A DNA stretch of 64,000 nucleotides from contig NZ_DATJTA010000022.1 in NCBI RefSeq assembly GCF_035503875.1, positions 12,607-76,606 on the forward strand, read 5' to 3'. How positions within the stretch are numbered: the first letter of the stretch is position 1; every line of letters begins with the position of its first letter. Source of the stretch: Nocardioides sp. Its GTDB lineage: Bacteria > Actinomycetota > Actinomycetes > Propionibacteriales > Nocardioidaceae. Both the position numbers and the translations under genes were made by a program. The notes beneath the pieces are model-generated. The model saw only the letters and a list, made by a program, of their open reading frames with translations. It ran no database searches and had not been told where the DNA came from. Positions 34,717 to 44,024 of the stretch are shown one piece after another.

Positions 34717-35531
34717 GAGCCGGCGAGATACGCCAACTGGGCGCGGACGGACATCTCGGCGGCGAACCACACCGACTGGTCGACGTCGGCGTACACGACC
34801 TCGACGACGCGGCGGGGCAGGGTGTCGTCCTCGGCGAGCTCGGGGGTGAGGGGTACGGCGAGCTCGCGGAGCGCGGACTCGACCTGGCCGAGCCGCTCGC
34901 GGCGGTGCACCAGGTAGTGGTCGAGCACGGCGCCGGCGTCGTCGAGCACGGGACCGTGCGCGGGCCAGATCGCCTCGACCTCGCCGGCGGCGACCAGCGC
35001 GCGCATCTTCTCGATCGAGTCGAAGTAGGGACCGAGCTGGCCGTCGGGGTGGGCGACGACCGTCGTACCGCGGCCGAGGACCATGTCGCCGGAGAGCAGC
35101 GCCTTCTGCGCCGGCAGCACGAGCGAGATGGAGTCGGCGGTGTGGCCGGGCGTCGTGACGACCCGCAGCGCCAGTCCGTCGACGTCGAGGAGCTCGCCGT
35201 CGGCGACCGGGTCCGCGCGGAAGCAGTACGCCGGGTCGAACGCGCGGACCGCGCAGCCCTTGGCCTCGGCGAACGCGACCGCCACCTCGGAGTGGTCGAA
35301 GTGGTGGTGGGTGAGCAGCACCAGGCCGACCTCGCCGGTCTCCTCGACCAGCCGGTCGAGGTGTCCGTCCTCGACCGGACCGGGGTCGATCACGATGGCG
35401 CGGGCGGCGCCGTCGGAGGAGGGCTCGCGCAGCACCCAGGTGTTGGTGCCGTCGAGCGTCATCACGCCGGGGTTGGGCGCGAGCAGGCACTCCGCGCGCG
35501 GCGGGAATTCGCCGCCCGACCAGGGGGTCAC
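34692..35531 (-). CDS. MBL-fold metallo-hydrolase (Rv3677c-like)
   Basis: ORF 34692..36203 trimmed to GTG 35531, which overlaps the upstream stop (GTGA). The sequence reads VTPWSGGEFPPRAECLLAPNPGVMTLDGTNTWVL and carries the metal motif THHHFDHSE. Confidence 0.85.
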   Translation of the reverse strand: MTPWSGGEFPPRAECLLAPNPGVMTLDGTNTWVLREPSSDGAARAIVIDPGPVEDGHLDRLVEETGEVGLVLLTHHHFDHSEVAVAFAEAKGCAVRAFDPAYCFRADPVADGELLDVDGLALRVVTTPGHTADSISLVLPAQKALLSGDMVLGRGTTVVAHPDGQLGPYFDSIEKMRALVAAGEVEAIWPAHGPVLDDAGAVLDHYLVHRRERLGQVESALRELAVPLTPELAEDDTLPRRVVEVVYADVDQSVWFAAEMSVRAQLAYLAGSPGFEARR

Positions 35532-36394
35532 CCGCGGCGTTCCTTCAGCAGCGGCCGGAGCCGGTCGGGCATGGAGAGGGTCCAACCGTCGCCGAGCGGC
35601 TCGACGCTCGGCGTGAACATCTCCACGCTCCGCCCGGCCGCCACGTCGAGCACCTCCGCCGGGGAGGCGTGGGTGCCGATCTCGAGGCTGGTGAGGTACG
35701 TCGGCGGCATCAGCGCGAGCTCGCCCGCCTCGGCCTGGTCGGCGGCGACCCGGGCCGGGAGCCAGGTCACCGAGGACGACTCCGTCGACACGTCGCGGGT
35801 GCGCTGGCCCTCGGGCAGCAGGGCGACGAAGAACCAGGTGCGGAACCGCTTCGGCTCGAAGATCGGCGTCAGCCAGGCGTCCCAGACGCCGAGCAGGTCG
35901 GTGCGCAGCACCAGCCCGCGACGGTTCAGGAAGTCGGTCATCGCCAGCTCGCGCGACTCCAGGGCGACCCGGTCGGCCTCCCAGTCGGGGCCGGTGGTGT
36001 CGGCCACGACGGTCGTCGCGGAGGTGCCGGCGAGCAGCACCCCGGACTCCTCGAAGGTCTCCCGCACCGCTGCGGCGACCAGGGCGCGGGCGGTCTCCTC
36101 GTCGCAGTGCAGGCGCGCGGCCCACTCGGCGGGCGATGGTCCCGCCCAGCCGACGGTGGCGTCGAAGTCGCGCGGGTCCACGCCGCCGCCCGGGTAGACG
36201 CACATGCCCCCGGCGAAGTCCATCGTCACGTGGCGACGCATGTAGTAGACCTCGGGTCCCTGCTCCGAGGGACGCATGAGGACGACGGTCGCGGCGTCGC
36301 GCGGCTCGACCGGCGTACGGCGGCCGTCGTCGTACTCCTGCGCGACGGCGACGATCTTCTCGGGCAGCGGGACGGGGGGCAGCGGGATGCGCAC
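35528..36394 (-). CDS. NUDIX-family hydrolase-like protein
   Basis: ORF trimmed to GTG 36394, 3 nt after the RidA stop. It has a Nudix-like segment GGGVDPRD...AAVRETFEESGVLLA. Confidence 0.75.
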   Translation of the reverse strand: MRIPLPPVPLPEKIVAVAQEYDDGRRTPVEPRDAATVVLMRPSEQGPEVYYMRRHVTMDFAGGMCVYPGGGVDPRDFDATVGWAGPSPAEWAARLHCDEETARALVAAAVRETFEESGVLLAGTSATTVVADTTGPDWEADRVALESRELAMTDFLNRRGLVLRTDLLGVWDAWLTPIFEPKRFRTWFFVALLPEGQRTRDVSTESSSVTWLPARVAADQAEAGELALMPPTYLTSLEIGTHASPAEVLDVAAGRSVEMFTPSVEPLGDGWTLSMPDRLRPLLKERRG

Positions 36395-36396
36395 CC

Positions 36397-36855
36397 TCAG
36401 ACTTCTACCAGGATCTCCACCTCGACGGGGGCGTCGAGTGGGAGCGCCGGGACTCCGACCGCGGAGCGGGCGTGGACGCCCGCGTCGCCGAAGACCTTGC
36501 CGAGCAGCTCGGAGGCGCCGTTGGCGACGCCGGGCTGGCCGGTGAAGTCGGGCGTGGAGGCCACGAACGCGACCACCTTCACCACGCGCTTCACCTGCGA
36601 CAGGTCGCCGAGGACGCTGCGCACGGCCGCGATCGCGTTGAGCGCGCACTGCTGGGCGCACGCGTAGGCCTCCTCCGCGGAGACCTCGCCGCCGACCTTG
36701 CCGACCGTCATCAGCTCGCCCGAGCGCATCGGCAGCTGGCCCGAGGTGAAGACCTGGTTGCCCGAGCGGACCGCCGGGACGTACGCCGCCACCGGGGCCG
36801 GCACCTCGGGGATGCTCAGGCCCAGCTCGGCCAGGCGCTCCTCCGGGGTGGGCAT
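36397..36855 (-). CDS. RidA/YjgF family protein
   Basis: 152 aa, with the typical RidA C-terminus ARSAVGVPALPLDAPVEVEILVEV. Confidence 0.9.
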   Translation of the reverse strand: MPTPEERLAELGLSIPEVPAPVAAYVPAVRSGNQVFTSGQLPMRSGELMTVGKVGGEVSAEEAYACAQQCALNAIAAVRSVLGDLSQVKRVVKVVAFVASTPDFTGQPGVANGASELLGKVFGDAGVHARSAVGVPALPLDAPVEVEILVEV

Positions 36856-36856
36856 C

Positions 36857-37015
36857 TCAGCCCTCCAGCGGGCGCTTGAAGTAGCCCACGAGGTTCTCCG
36901 GGCTCATGCCGGGCGCGATCTGCACCAGCTCCCACCCGTCGGAGCCGAAGTTGTCGAGGATCTGCTTGGCCGCGTGCGTGAGGATCGGCGCGGTGAGGTA
37001 CTCCCACTTGGTCAT
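36857..37015 (-). CDS. DUF4177 domain protein (52 aa; absent from the supplied ORF track)
   Basis: My own translation is MTKWEYLTAPILTHAAKQILDNFGSDGWELVQIAPGMSPENLVGYFKRPLEG. The stop TGA at 36859-36857 lies 1 nt from the RidA start, and the position is Rv3678A-like. Confidence 0.75.
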   Translation of the reverse strand: MTKWEYLTAPILTHAAKQILDNFGSDGWELVQIAPGMSPENLVGYFKRPLEG

Positions 37016-37100
37016 GGCGCCGACCCTACTCCGGGCCGATGCCGCCCTCCCCGCACGTCATCCCCCGGTCTGACGCGCCGGCCGGACCCGCCCCTCTACC

Positions 37101-38264
37101 GTGGTCCTCGTGGATCCGGAGCGGCAGCCGTGGCGGCTGGACGAGCGCCGCCGGCGCTGGTTCGACCTGGGCCTGGTCGGCGTCCTGCTGCTGCCGGTGC
37201 CGCCGCTCGGCGTCTCCGTCGGGCTCGTGAGCGCCGGCCTCTCCCTGCTCCAGATCGCGCCCCTGGTCGTACGCCGGCGCTGGCCGGTCGCGGTCTTCGC
37301 CGCGGTGGCCGTCGCCAGCCTGCTCCAGGCGGTCGTCGTCGACGAGCCCGTGTGGGGCCAGGTCGCGTTCCCGGTCGCGGTCTACTCGGTGGCCCGGTTC
37401 TCGCGCGCGCTCCCCGCGGCCGTCGCCCTGGCGGTCGGCATCTGCGGGGCGCTGGTGGCGTCGTACGACTGGCTGCAGGAGTTCGACCAGCTCACGCCGT
37501 CGGCGTACGTCTCCTACGTGCTGTTCATCTCCGCGATCGTCGCCACCGCGTGGGCGCTGGGCACGCTCGGGCGCACCCGGGCGGCGTACGTCGCCGCACT
37601 GGTCGAGCGCGGCGAGCAGATCCGGCGCGAGGCCGCCCAGCAGGTCGAGCTCGCCGCCGGGGAGGAGCGGTCCCGGATCGCCCGCGAGATGCACGACGTG
37701 GTCGCGCACGGGCTGTCGGTGATCGTCGTCCAGGCCGACGGCGCGCGGTACGCCGCCGCCCGGGACCCCGACATCGCGGCACGCACCCTCGAGACGGTCG
37801 CCGCGACCGGACGCGAGGCGCTGACCGAGATGCGGCGGATGCTGGGGCTGCTCCGCGCCGGCGACACCGGCACCCGGCCACAGCCGCGGCTCGACGACGT
37901 GGCCGTGCTGGTCGCGGAGGCGCAGACCGCCGGCGAGGACGTCGAGGCGACGCTGCCGCCGCCCGACGCGGCCGCGACGGTGCCCGCGGGCGTCGCGCTG
38001 ACGGCGTACCGCGTGGTCCAGGAAGCGCTCACCAACGTCCGCAAGCACGCCGGGCCCGGTGCGCGGACCCGGGTCGTGGTCAGCGTCGGGCCGGCCATCG
38101 AGGTGCTGGTCGAGGACGACGGCCGCGGCGCCGCGAGCGCCGACGACGGCCGCGGGCTCGGGCTGGTCGGCATGCGCGAACGGGTCGCCGTCCACGACGG
38201 GACCTTGACGGCCGGACCCCGGCCCGGGGGCGGCTTCCGGGTGTCGGCGAGGCTGCCCCTGTGA
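37101..38264 (+). CDS. Sensor histidine kinase, HisKA_3 (NarL-partner) class, module 1
   Basis: It has N-terminal TM segments, the H-box EERSRIAREMHDVVAHGLS, and HATPase_c motifs (EALTNVRKHA, VEDDGRG, GLGLVGMRERV). Confidence 0.85.
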   Translation: MVLVDPERQPWRLDERRRRWFDLGLVGVLLLPVPPLGVSVGLVSAGLSLLQIAPLVVRRRWPVAVFAAVAVASLLQAVVVDEPVWGQVAFPVAVYSVARFSRALPAAVALAVGICGALVASYDWLQEFDQLTPSAYVSYVLFISAIVATAWALGTLGRTRAAYVAALVERGEQIRREAAQQVELAAGEERSRIAREMHDVVAHGLSVIVVQADGARYAAARDPDIAARTLETVAATGREALTEMRRMLGLLRAGDTGTRPQPRLDDVAVLVAEAQTAGEDVEATLPPPDAAATVPAGVALTAYRVVQEALTNVRKHAGPGARTRVVVSVGPAIEVLVEDDGRGAASADDGRGLGLVGMRERVAVHDGTLTAGPRPGGGFRVSARLPL

Positions 38265-38938
38265 CTGGAACCGTGAGCGAGCCGATCCGCGTCTTCCTCG
38301 TCGACGACCAGCAGATGGTCCGTGCCGGGTTCACGATGCTCGTCGACAGCCAGCCCGACCTGCTGGTGGTCGGCGAGGCGGGCGACGGCGCGGAGGCGCT
38401 CGAGCGCCTGGCCGTCACCCGCGCGGACGTCGTACTCATGGACGTGCGGATGCCCCGGATGGACGGCGTCGAGGCGACCCGTCAGCTGGCCGCCCGGCCG
38501 GACGCGCCGCGGGTGATCGTGCTGACGACCTTCGACCTCGACGAGTACGCCTTCGCCGCGATCAAGGCCGGCGCCGCGGCGTTCCTGCTCAAGGACGCCG
38601 CTCCGCCCGACCTGCTCAACGCGATCCGCTCCGTGTACGCCGGCGACGCCGTCGTCGCGCCCAGCACCACCCGGCGGCTGCTGGAGCACTTCGCCGCCAC
38701 CCTCCCCGACCCGACTTCCGCCGCCACCGAGGACCAGCGCCTGGCCGGACTCACCGAGCGCGAGCGCGAGGTGCTGGTCCTGATCGGCCGCGGCCTCTCC
38801 AACACCGAGCTCGCCGCCCACCTGGTCGTCGCCGAGGCGACCGTGAAGACGCACGTCAGCCGGCTGCTCGCCAAGACCGGCTCGCGCGACCGGGTGCAGC
38901 TCGTCGTCCTGGCGTACGAGTCGGGGCTGGTCGGGTAG
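38261..38938 (+). CDS. LuxR/NarL family response regulator, module 1
   Basis: GTG 38261 overlaps the kinase stop (alternative GTG 38273). It has the receiver IRVFLVDDQQMVRAG...DVVLMDVRMPRMDG and the LuxR HTH LTEREREVLVLIGRGLSNTELAAHLVVAEATVKTHVSRLL. Confidence 0.9.
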   Translation: MTGTVSEPIRVFLVDDQQMVRAGFTMLVDSQPDLLVVGEAGDGAEALERLAVTRADVVLMDVRMPRMDGVEATRQLAARPDAPRVIVLTTFDLDEYAFAAIKAGAAAFLLKDAAPPDLLNAIRSVYAGDAVVAPSTTRRLLEHFAATLPDPTSAATEDQRLAGLTEREREVLVLIGRGLSNTELAAHLVVAEATVKTHVSRLLAKTGSRDRVQLVVLAYESGLVG

Positions 38939-38949
38939 CGAGTCCGGCC

Positions 38950-39478
38950 CGATCGACGCCGACTCTCGGCCCACCGGGTTTCGAGGCTCGTCGCTAGCGC
39001 TCCTCACACCTCAACCAGCGTGGACGCCGACGACGCTGGTTGAGGTGCGAGGGCCTCCAGGCCCGAGCCTCGAAACCCGTCTTGCCGACCGACGACCACG
39101 ACCGACGCCGACTCTCGGCCCACCGGGTTTCGAGGCTCGTCGCTGGCGCTCCTCACACCTCAACCAGCGTGGATCTCCTCGTCGCTGGCGCTCCTCACAC
39201 CTCAACCAGCGTGGACGCCGAGGACGCTGGTTGAGGTGCGAGGGCCGCCAGGCCCGAGCCTCGAAACCCGTCTTGCCGACCGACGGCCCCGATCGACGCA
39301 GACTCTCCACCCACCGGGTTTCGAGGCTCGTCGCTAGCGCTCCTCACACCTCAACCAGCGTGGATCTCCTCGTCGCTGGCGCTCCTCACACCTCAACCAG
39401 CGTGGACGCCGAGGACTCTGGTTGAGGTGCGAGGGCCGCCAGGCCCGAGCCTCGAAACCCGTCTTGCCGACCGACGAC
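38950..39478. repeat. Repeat cluster F: higher-order tandem array with an exact 191-bp period (left arms start at 39033, 39224, 39415)
   Basis: Each unit is one full hairpin element plus an extra right-arm fragment. The full element has a left arm with cassette GGGCC(T/G)CCAGGCCCGA and a right arm with cassette CGTCGCT(A/G)GCGCTCCTC. The extra fragment is GGATCTCCTCGTCGCTGGCGCTCCTCACACCTCAACCAGCGT. Confidence 0.9.
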
Positions 39479-39563
39479 CTCGACCGCTGTCATCCCTGGG
39501 TCGTACGACGGACCAGTCTCCGGCCTGACGATCCGAGGGGCCGAGATCCGAAGACTCGTCGGC

Positions 39564-40313
39564 ATGACGCAGACAGCCCTTCCCTCCACCTCCACGACCG
39601 CGGCGAGTGCGCGCGGCCTGACCCGCACCTACGGCCGGGGTGACGCGCAGGTGCACGCGCTGCGCGGCGTCGACCTGGACGTCCCGGCCGGGCGGTTCAC
39701 GGCGATCATGGGTCCGTCCGGCTCGGGCAAGTCGACGCTGATGCACTGCCTCGCCGGTCTCGACCAGCCCACGTCCGGGACGGTGACGGTCGCCGGGCAG
39801 GACCTGGAGTCGATGAACGACGACCGGCTGACGATCTTCCGGCGCGAGCACCTCGGCTTCGTCTTCCAGTCCTTCAACCTGCTGCCGATGCTGACCGCAG
39901 GGCAGAACATCCTGCTGCCCCTGGAGCTCGCCGGCCGCCCGGTCGACCGAGAGCGCTACGACCTGCTCGCGGCCACCCTCGGGCTCGGCGACCGGCTCGG
40001 GCACCGGCCCAGCGAGCTGTCGGGCGGTCAGCAGCAGCGGGTCGCGATCGCCCGCGCGCTGATCACCAGCCCGGCGATCGTCTTCGCCGACGAGCCGACC
40101 GGCAACCTCGACAGCGAGTCGTCGGCCGAGGTGCTCGGCGTCCTGCGTCAGTCGGTGCGCGAGCTCGGCCAGACCGTCGTGATGGTGACCCACGAGCTGG
40201 ACGCGGCGGCGTACGCCGACGACGTCGTGGTGATCGCCGACGGCGCCGTGCGCGCGCACCTCGTCGACCCGACCGCCGACGAGCTGGTCGCGACGCTGCG
40301 GGGCGAGCGATGA
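39564..40313 (+). CDS. ABC transporter ATP-binding protein (MacB/FtsE-like), module 1
   Basis: Walker A GPSGSGKST, signature LSGGQQQRVAIARAL, Walker B IVFADEPTGNLD. Confidence 0.9.
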   Translation: MTQTALPSTSTTAASARGLTRTYGRGDAQVHALRGVDLDVPAGRFTAIMGPSGSGKSTLMHCLAGLDQPTSGTVTVAGQDLESMNDDRLTIFRREHLGFVFQSFNLLPMLTAGQNILLPLELAGRPVDRERYDLLAATLGLGDRLGHRPSELSGGQQQRVAIARALITSPAIVFADEPTGNLDSESSAEVLGVLRQSVRELGQTVVMVTHELDAAAYADDVVVIADGAVRAHLVDPTADELVATLRGER

Positions 40314-42709
40314 GGACCGTGCTGCTCGCATCGATGCGCGTCCACGCCCGGCGGTACGTCGCCGCTGCGGTCGCGATCGTCATCGGCGTCTCGTTCGTCG
40401 TGGTGACCAGCGCACTCTCGTCGGCCACCAAGGACGGCCTGGTCGCCGGGGTCGGTCTGCCGTACCGGGGCGCCGACTCGGTGGTCTCCGAGATCGGTGG
40501 CGACGACGCCGCGGAGGTCGTACGGCGGGCCGCGGACGTCGGCGACAGCGCCGCCGTGCTCGGCTACGTCACGCTGCCGGTCACCTCCGACGGCGCCGTC
40601 GTCGACCAGGACGCCGACGTCGCGGCCGTCGCCGACGACACGGCCCTGCGCTGGCAGGAGCTGCGCGACGGCGACTGGCCGTCCGGGCCGGGCGAGGCGG
40701 TCGCGGACCTCAACGACGCCAAGTCCAACGGTCTGGAGATCGGGGACCGGGTGCGGGTCGGCGCCGGGAGTCGCGCCGTCGAGGCCGAGGTCGTGGGCTT
40801 GGTCGACAGCCCGGCTGCCACTGCCGGGGCGTCGCTGTACCTGCCCTGGTCCGACGTGGCGCGCTGGACGTCGAGCATCTACGTGGACAGCGTCGCGTAC
40901 GCCGGCGACGGGGCCGAGTCCGCCGCGCGCGGCACCGGTGCCCTCGTCCAGCCGGCCGACGAGTTCGTCCAGGACCGGCAGGCCGAGCTCACCCGCGAGG
41001 TCGACGTGATCGCCATCCTGCTGCTGGTCTTCGCCGTGATCGCCCTGTTCGTGTCGGTGCTGGTCATCGCCAACACCTTCTCGATCCTGTTCGCCCAGCG
41101 GCAGCGCGACCTCGCCCTGCTGCGCTGCGTCGGCGCGACCCGGCGTCAGCTGCTCCGCTCGATCCGGGTCGAGGCGCTCGCGCTCGGCGCGGCCTCGGCC
41201 GGGCTGGGCCTGGTCGTCGGGACGGCGCTCGGCTACGCGCTGGTGGCGATCGCCCGCGGCCAGCTGCCGACCGGCACCATGGGCGACGCCGCCGTCTCGC
41301 CCAGCTGGTACGCCGGCGCGTTCGCGGTCGGCCTGCTCGTCACCGTGGTTGCCGCCTGGCTGCCAACTCGCAAGGTGGTGCAGGTCAGCCCGCTGGCCGC
41401 CCTGCGCCCCGACACCGGGGTCGACGTCCGCAGCGCCTCGGGCCGGGTCCGCACCGCCGCCGGCGTACTGCTGATCCTCGGCGGTGCCGCGCTCCTCGGC
41501 GTGGCGGTCTCCGCCCACGAGGTGGTGGCGATGCTGGCCGGCGGGACGCTCGCGTTCACCGGGGTCCTGGTCCTCGGCCCGCTGGTCGTGCCCGCGCTGG
41601 TCCGCGCGGCCGGGTCGCTCGGCCGCGGCACCACCGCACGGCTCGCCACCGGCAACGCGGTGCGCAACCCGCGTCGTACGGCCGCGACCACGGCGTCCCT
41701 GCTCGTCGGCGTCACCCTCACCACCGCCGTGCTGACCGGGCTCGCGAGCTCGCGCAGCTCGGTCGACGACGACATGAACGTCTCGCACCCGGTCGACATG
41801 GCACTGACCTCGGCGTCGGCACCGCTGCCCGACACCCTGCTCGCGGACGTCAGGGCGACCTCGGGCGTGCACGCCGCGGTCGCGCTCGACGGCGCGGTCG
41901 CCGAGATCGCCGGCATCGGGAAGCTCCCGGTCGTGGCCTCCCGCCCGGCGACGGACGTCGTCCGCGACGACACCGTCGCCCTGCCCGAGCCCGGGGTGAT
42001 CTCGCTGCCGTACGACGTGCTGCCGGACGGCGAGATCCCCGCGCGGGTCGCGGTCTCGGTCGACGGCCGCACCGAGCGGTTGCGCGTCTCGACCGGCGAG
42101 GGCTGGGGCGAGGCCGGACTGGTCGCGTCCGAGACGCTCGCCCGGCTGGTCGCCCAGCCGCTGCCGCACGCGGTGTGGGTGCGCGCCGACGACGCGGCCG
42201 ACGCCGAGGACCTCGCCGGTGACCTGGGTGCACTCGCCACCAACGCCGACGCCGACCTCGCGGACGGGCTGGCGGCTCGCGCGTGGGTCGAGCTGCAGCT
42301 CGACGTGCTCGCCGGCGCGGTGGTGGCCCTGCTCGGGATCGCTGTGGTGATCGCCCTGGTCGGCATCGCCAACACCCTCGGCCTGTCGGTGCTCGAACGG
42401 GCCCGGGAGAACGCCCTGCTCCGGGCGCTCGGCCTGACCCGCCGCCAGCTGCGCCGGATGCTGGCCGCCGAGGCCGTGCTGCTCTCGGTGGTCGCCACGG
42501 TGCTCGGCACGCTGATCGGCGTGGTGTTCGCCTGGGTCGCCGTACGGACCCTGGTCGGCGCGGCGGTCGACGACGCGGCGGTGGTGCTGCCGTGGGGCCA
42601 GCTCGCGATCGTCGTCCTGGTCGCCGGCGTCGCCGGCCTGCTGGCCGGGGTGCTTCCGTCCAGGCGGGCAGCGAGAGTAGCGCCAGCAGCCGGGTTGTCC
42701 CTCGACTGA
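40310..42709 (+). CDS. ABC transporter permease with two FtsX-like domains, module 1
   Basis: 799 aa. The ATG overlaps the ATPase stop (ATGA). FtsX-type TM bundles are repeated, each ending in the ...R.E.ALLRA/CVGATRRQL motif. Confidence 0.85.
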   Translation: MRTVLLASMRVHARRYVAAAVAIVIGVSFVVVTSALSSATKDGLVAGVGLPYRGADSVVSEIGGDDAAEVVRRAADVGDSAAVLGYVTLPVTSDGAVVDQDADVAAVADDTALRWQELRDGDWPSGPGEAVADLNDAKSNGLEIGDRVRVGAGSRAVEAEVVGLVDSPAATAGASLYLPWSDVARWTSSIYVDSVAYAGDGAESAARGTGALVQPADEFVQDRQAELTREVDVIAILLLVFAVIALFVSVLVIANTFSILFAQRQRDLALLRCVGATRRQLLRSIRVEALALGAASAGLGLVVGTALGYALVAIARGQLPTGTMGDAAVSPSWYAGAFAVGLLVTVVAAWLPTRKVVQVSPLAALRPDTGVDVRSASGRVRTAAGVLLILGGAALLGVAVSAHEVVAMLAGGTLAFTGVLVLGPLVVPALVRAAGSLGRGTTARLATGNAVRNPRRTAATTASLLVGVTLTTAVLTGLASSRSSVDDDMNVSHPVDMALTSASAPLPDTLLADVRATSGVHAAVALDGAVAEIAGIGKLPVVASRPATDVVRDDTVALPEPGVISLPYDVLPDGEIPARVAVSVDGRTERLRVSTGEGWGEAGLVASETLARLVAQPLPHAVWVRADDAADAEDLAGDLGALATNADADLADGLAARAWVELQLDVLAGAVVALLGIAVVIALVGIANTLGLSVLERARENALLRALGLTRRQLRRMLAAEAVLLSVVATVLGTLIGVVFAWVAVRTLVGAAVDDAAVVLPWGQLAIVVLVAGVAGLLAGVLPSRRAARVAPAAGLSLD

Positions 42710-42755
42710 GTCGTGTCCCCGAGCGTGCGCTCCGGCGCGCGCTCAGGGACACGAC
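42710..42755. terminator. Bidirectional hairpin between convergent permease and ydeI-like genes
   Basis: GTCGTGTCCCCGAGCG-(14 nt)-CGCTCAGGGACACGAC fills the whole convergent gap. Confidence 0.5.
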
Positions 42756-42756
42756 C

Positions 42757-43347
42757 TCAGGACGGGCGGGCCTTCTGGGGGTAGAAGGTCTCTCCCCGGG
42801 CGAGCATCGCGACGAACTCACCGATCTTGCGCTCGCGGGTCTCGGCCCGCTTGACCGCTCCCAGCCGGTGGATCATCGCGAACCGGTTGGCCTTGGTCAG
42901 CACGTCGAACATCGCCTGGGCCGCCGGGTCGGCCGCGATCGCAGCGAGCAGGTCGGCGGGCACCTCGGCCCGCGAGGGCGGGGCGTACGCCTCGTCCCAC
43001 CGGCCGTCGGCCTGCGCGGCCTCGACCGCGGCCCGCCCGGCGGGCGCCATCCGGCCCTCCGACTCCAGCCGGGCGACCAGGCCGACGTTGACCTGCGACC
43101 AGCGGCTGCGGGCGGTGCGCGGGGTCATCCGCTGGTACGACGTCGCGGCGTCCCGGCGGCGCGCCTGGCCGTCGATCCAGCCGAAGCACAGCGCCTCGTC
43201 GAGCGCCGCCGCGCGGTTCAGCGCGGTGACGTCGCCGCCCTTCTTGGTCAGCACCAGCCAGACCCCCGGCGAGTCCGCGTGGTGCTCCTCGAGCCAGGCC
43301 CGCCACGCGGCGGCGTCGGGGACGAGCAGCTCCTCCAGATCGGCCAT
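42757..43347 (-). CDS. YdeI/OmpD-associated family protein
   Basis: 196 aa, with WRAWLEEHHADSPGVWLVLTKKGG...ALCFGWIDG...RKIGEFVAMLARGE, typical of the YdeI family. Confidence 0.75.
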   Translation of the reverse strand: MADLEELLVPDAAAWRAWLEEHHADSPGVWLVLTKKGGDVTALNRAAALDEALCFGWIDGQARRRDAATSYQRMTPRTARSRWSQVNVGLVARLESEGRMAPAGRAAVEAAQADGRWDEAYAPPSRAEVPADLLAAIAADPAAQAMFDVLTKANRFAMIHRLGAVKRAETRERKIGEFVAMLARGETFYPQKARPS

Positions 43348-43356
43348 GGGCCGAAC

Positions 43357-43974
43357 CTAGTGGGCAGGACCGACAGTGCCGACGGCGTACCGCACGTGGG
43401 TGGCGTACGGAGCCGGGTGCACGCTCAGGATCTCCAGCTCCACGTCGTGCTCGAAGCCGTCGAAGAGCCGCTTGCCACCGCCCAGCACGACCGGCGCGGT
43501 GGACAGGACGAGCTCGTCGGCGAGGCTGGCCGCCAGCGCCTGCCGGATGACGTCGGCGCCGCCGGCGAGCGACACGGCCCTGCTTCCGGCCTCCTCGCCC
43601 GCCCAGGCCAGCGCGGTCGCGAGATCGCCCACGAAGGTGAAGCCGCTCTCCACCGGGGGCGCGTCGTCGAGGCCGTGGGTGACGACGAACATCCGGCCGG
43701 GGAACGGGTTCGTGCCGCCCCAAGCCCCCGCGGCGTCGTACATGCCCCGGCCGCAGACGCCGGCACCGATCTCGGCCACCAGCGGCTCGTAGAAGGCGCG
43801 GTCCTCGGGCGACATGCCCCCGAGGTCGCGCTCCGAGTCGTAGGTCCACGGCCCGCCGAAGACCCAGTGGTGCAGCCGCTCCCCGCCCCGCCCGAGACCC
43901 TGACCGGGCCGGTCGTCCGGTCCCGTCACGTAGCCGTCGACCGAGACCGTGATGCTCGCGATGACCTTGCCCAT
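43357..43974 (-). CDS. Dihydrofolate reductase-like (RibD C-terminal domain) family protein
   Basis: MGKVIASITVSVDGYVTGPDD...LSTAPVVLGGGKRLF is RibD_C-like. Confidence 0.8.
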   Translation of the reverse strand: MGKVIASITVSVDGYVTGPDDRPGQGLGRGGERLHHWVFGGPWTYDSERDLGGMSPEDRAFYEPLVAEIGAGVCGRGMYDAAGAWGGTNPFPGRMFVVTHGLDDAPPVESGFTFVGDLATALAWAGEEAGSRAVSLAGGADVIRQALAASLADELVLSTAPVVLGGGKRLFDGFEHDVELEILSVHPAPYATHVRYAVGTVGPAH

Positions 43975-44024
43975 GCCGCTACCGACCGCCGCCGTACGGC
44001 GAACTCATCGCGCGCCGAGCGACC

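Noticed and set aside
36816-37007. 63-aa ORF from the track between RidA and the module 1 kinase.
   Set aside because: It is in the wrong frame. It overlaps RidA, and another frame encodes a clean DUF4177 protein.
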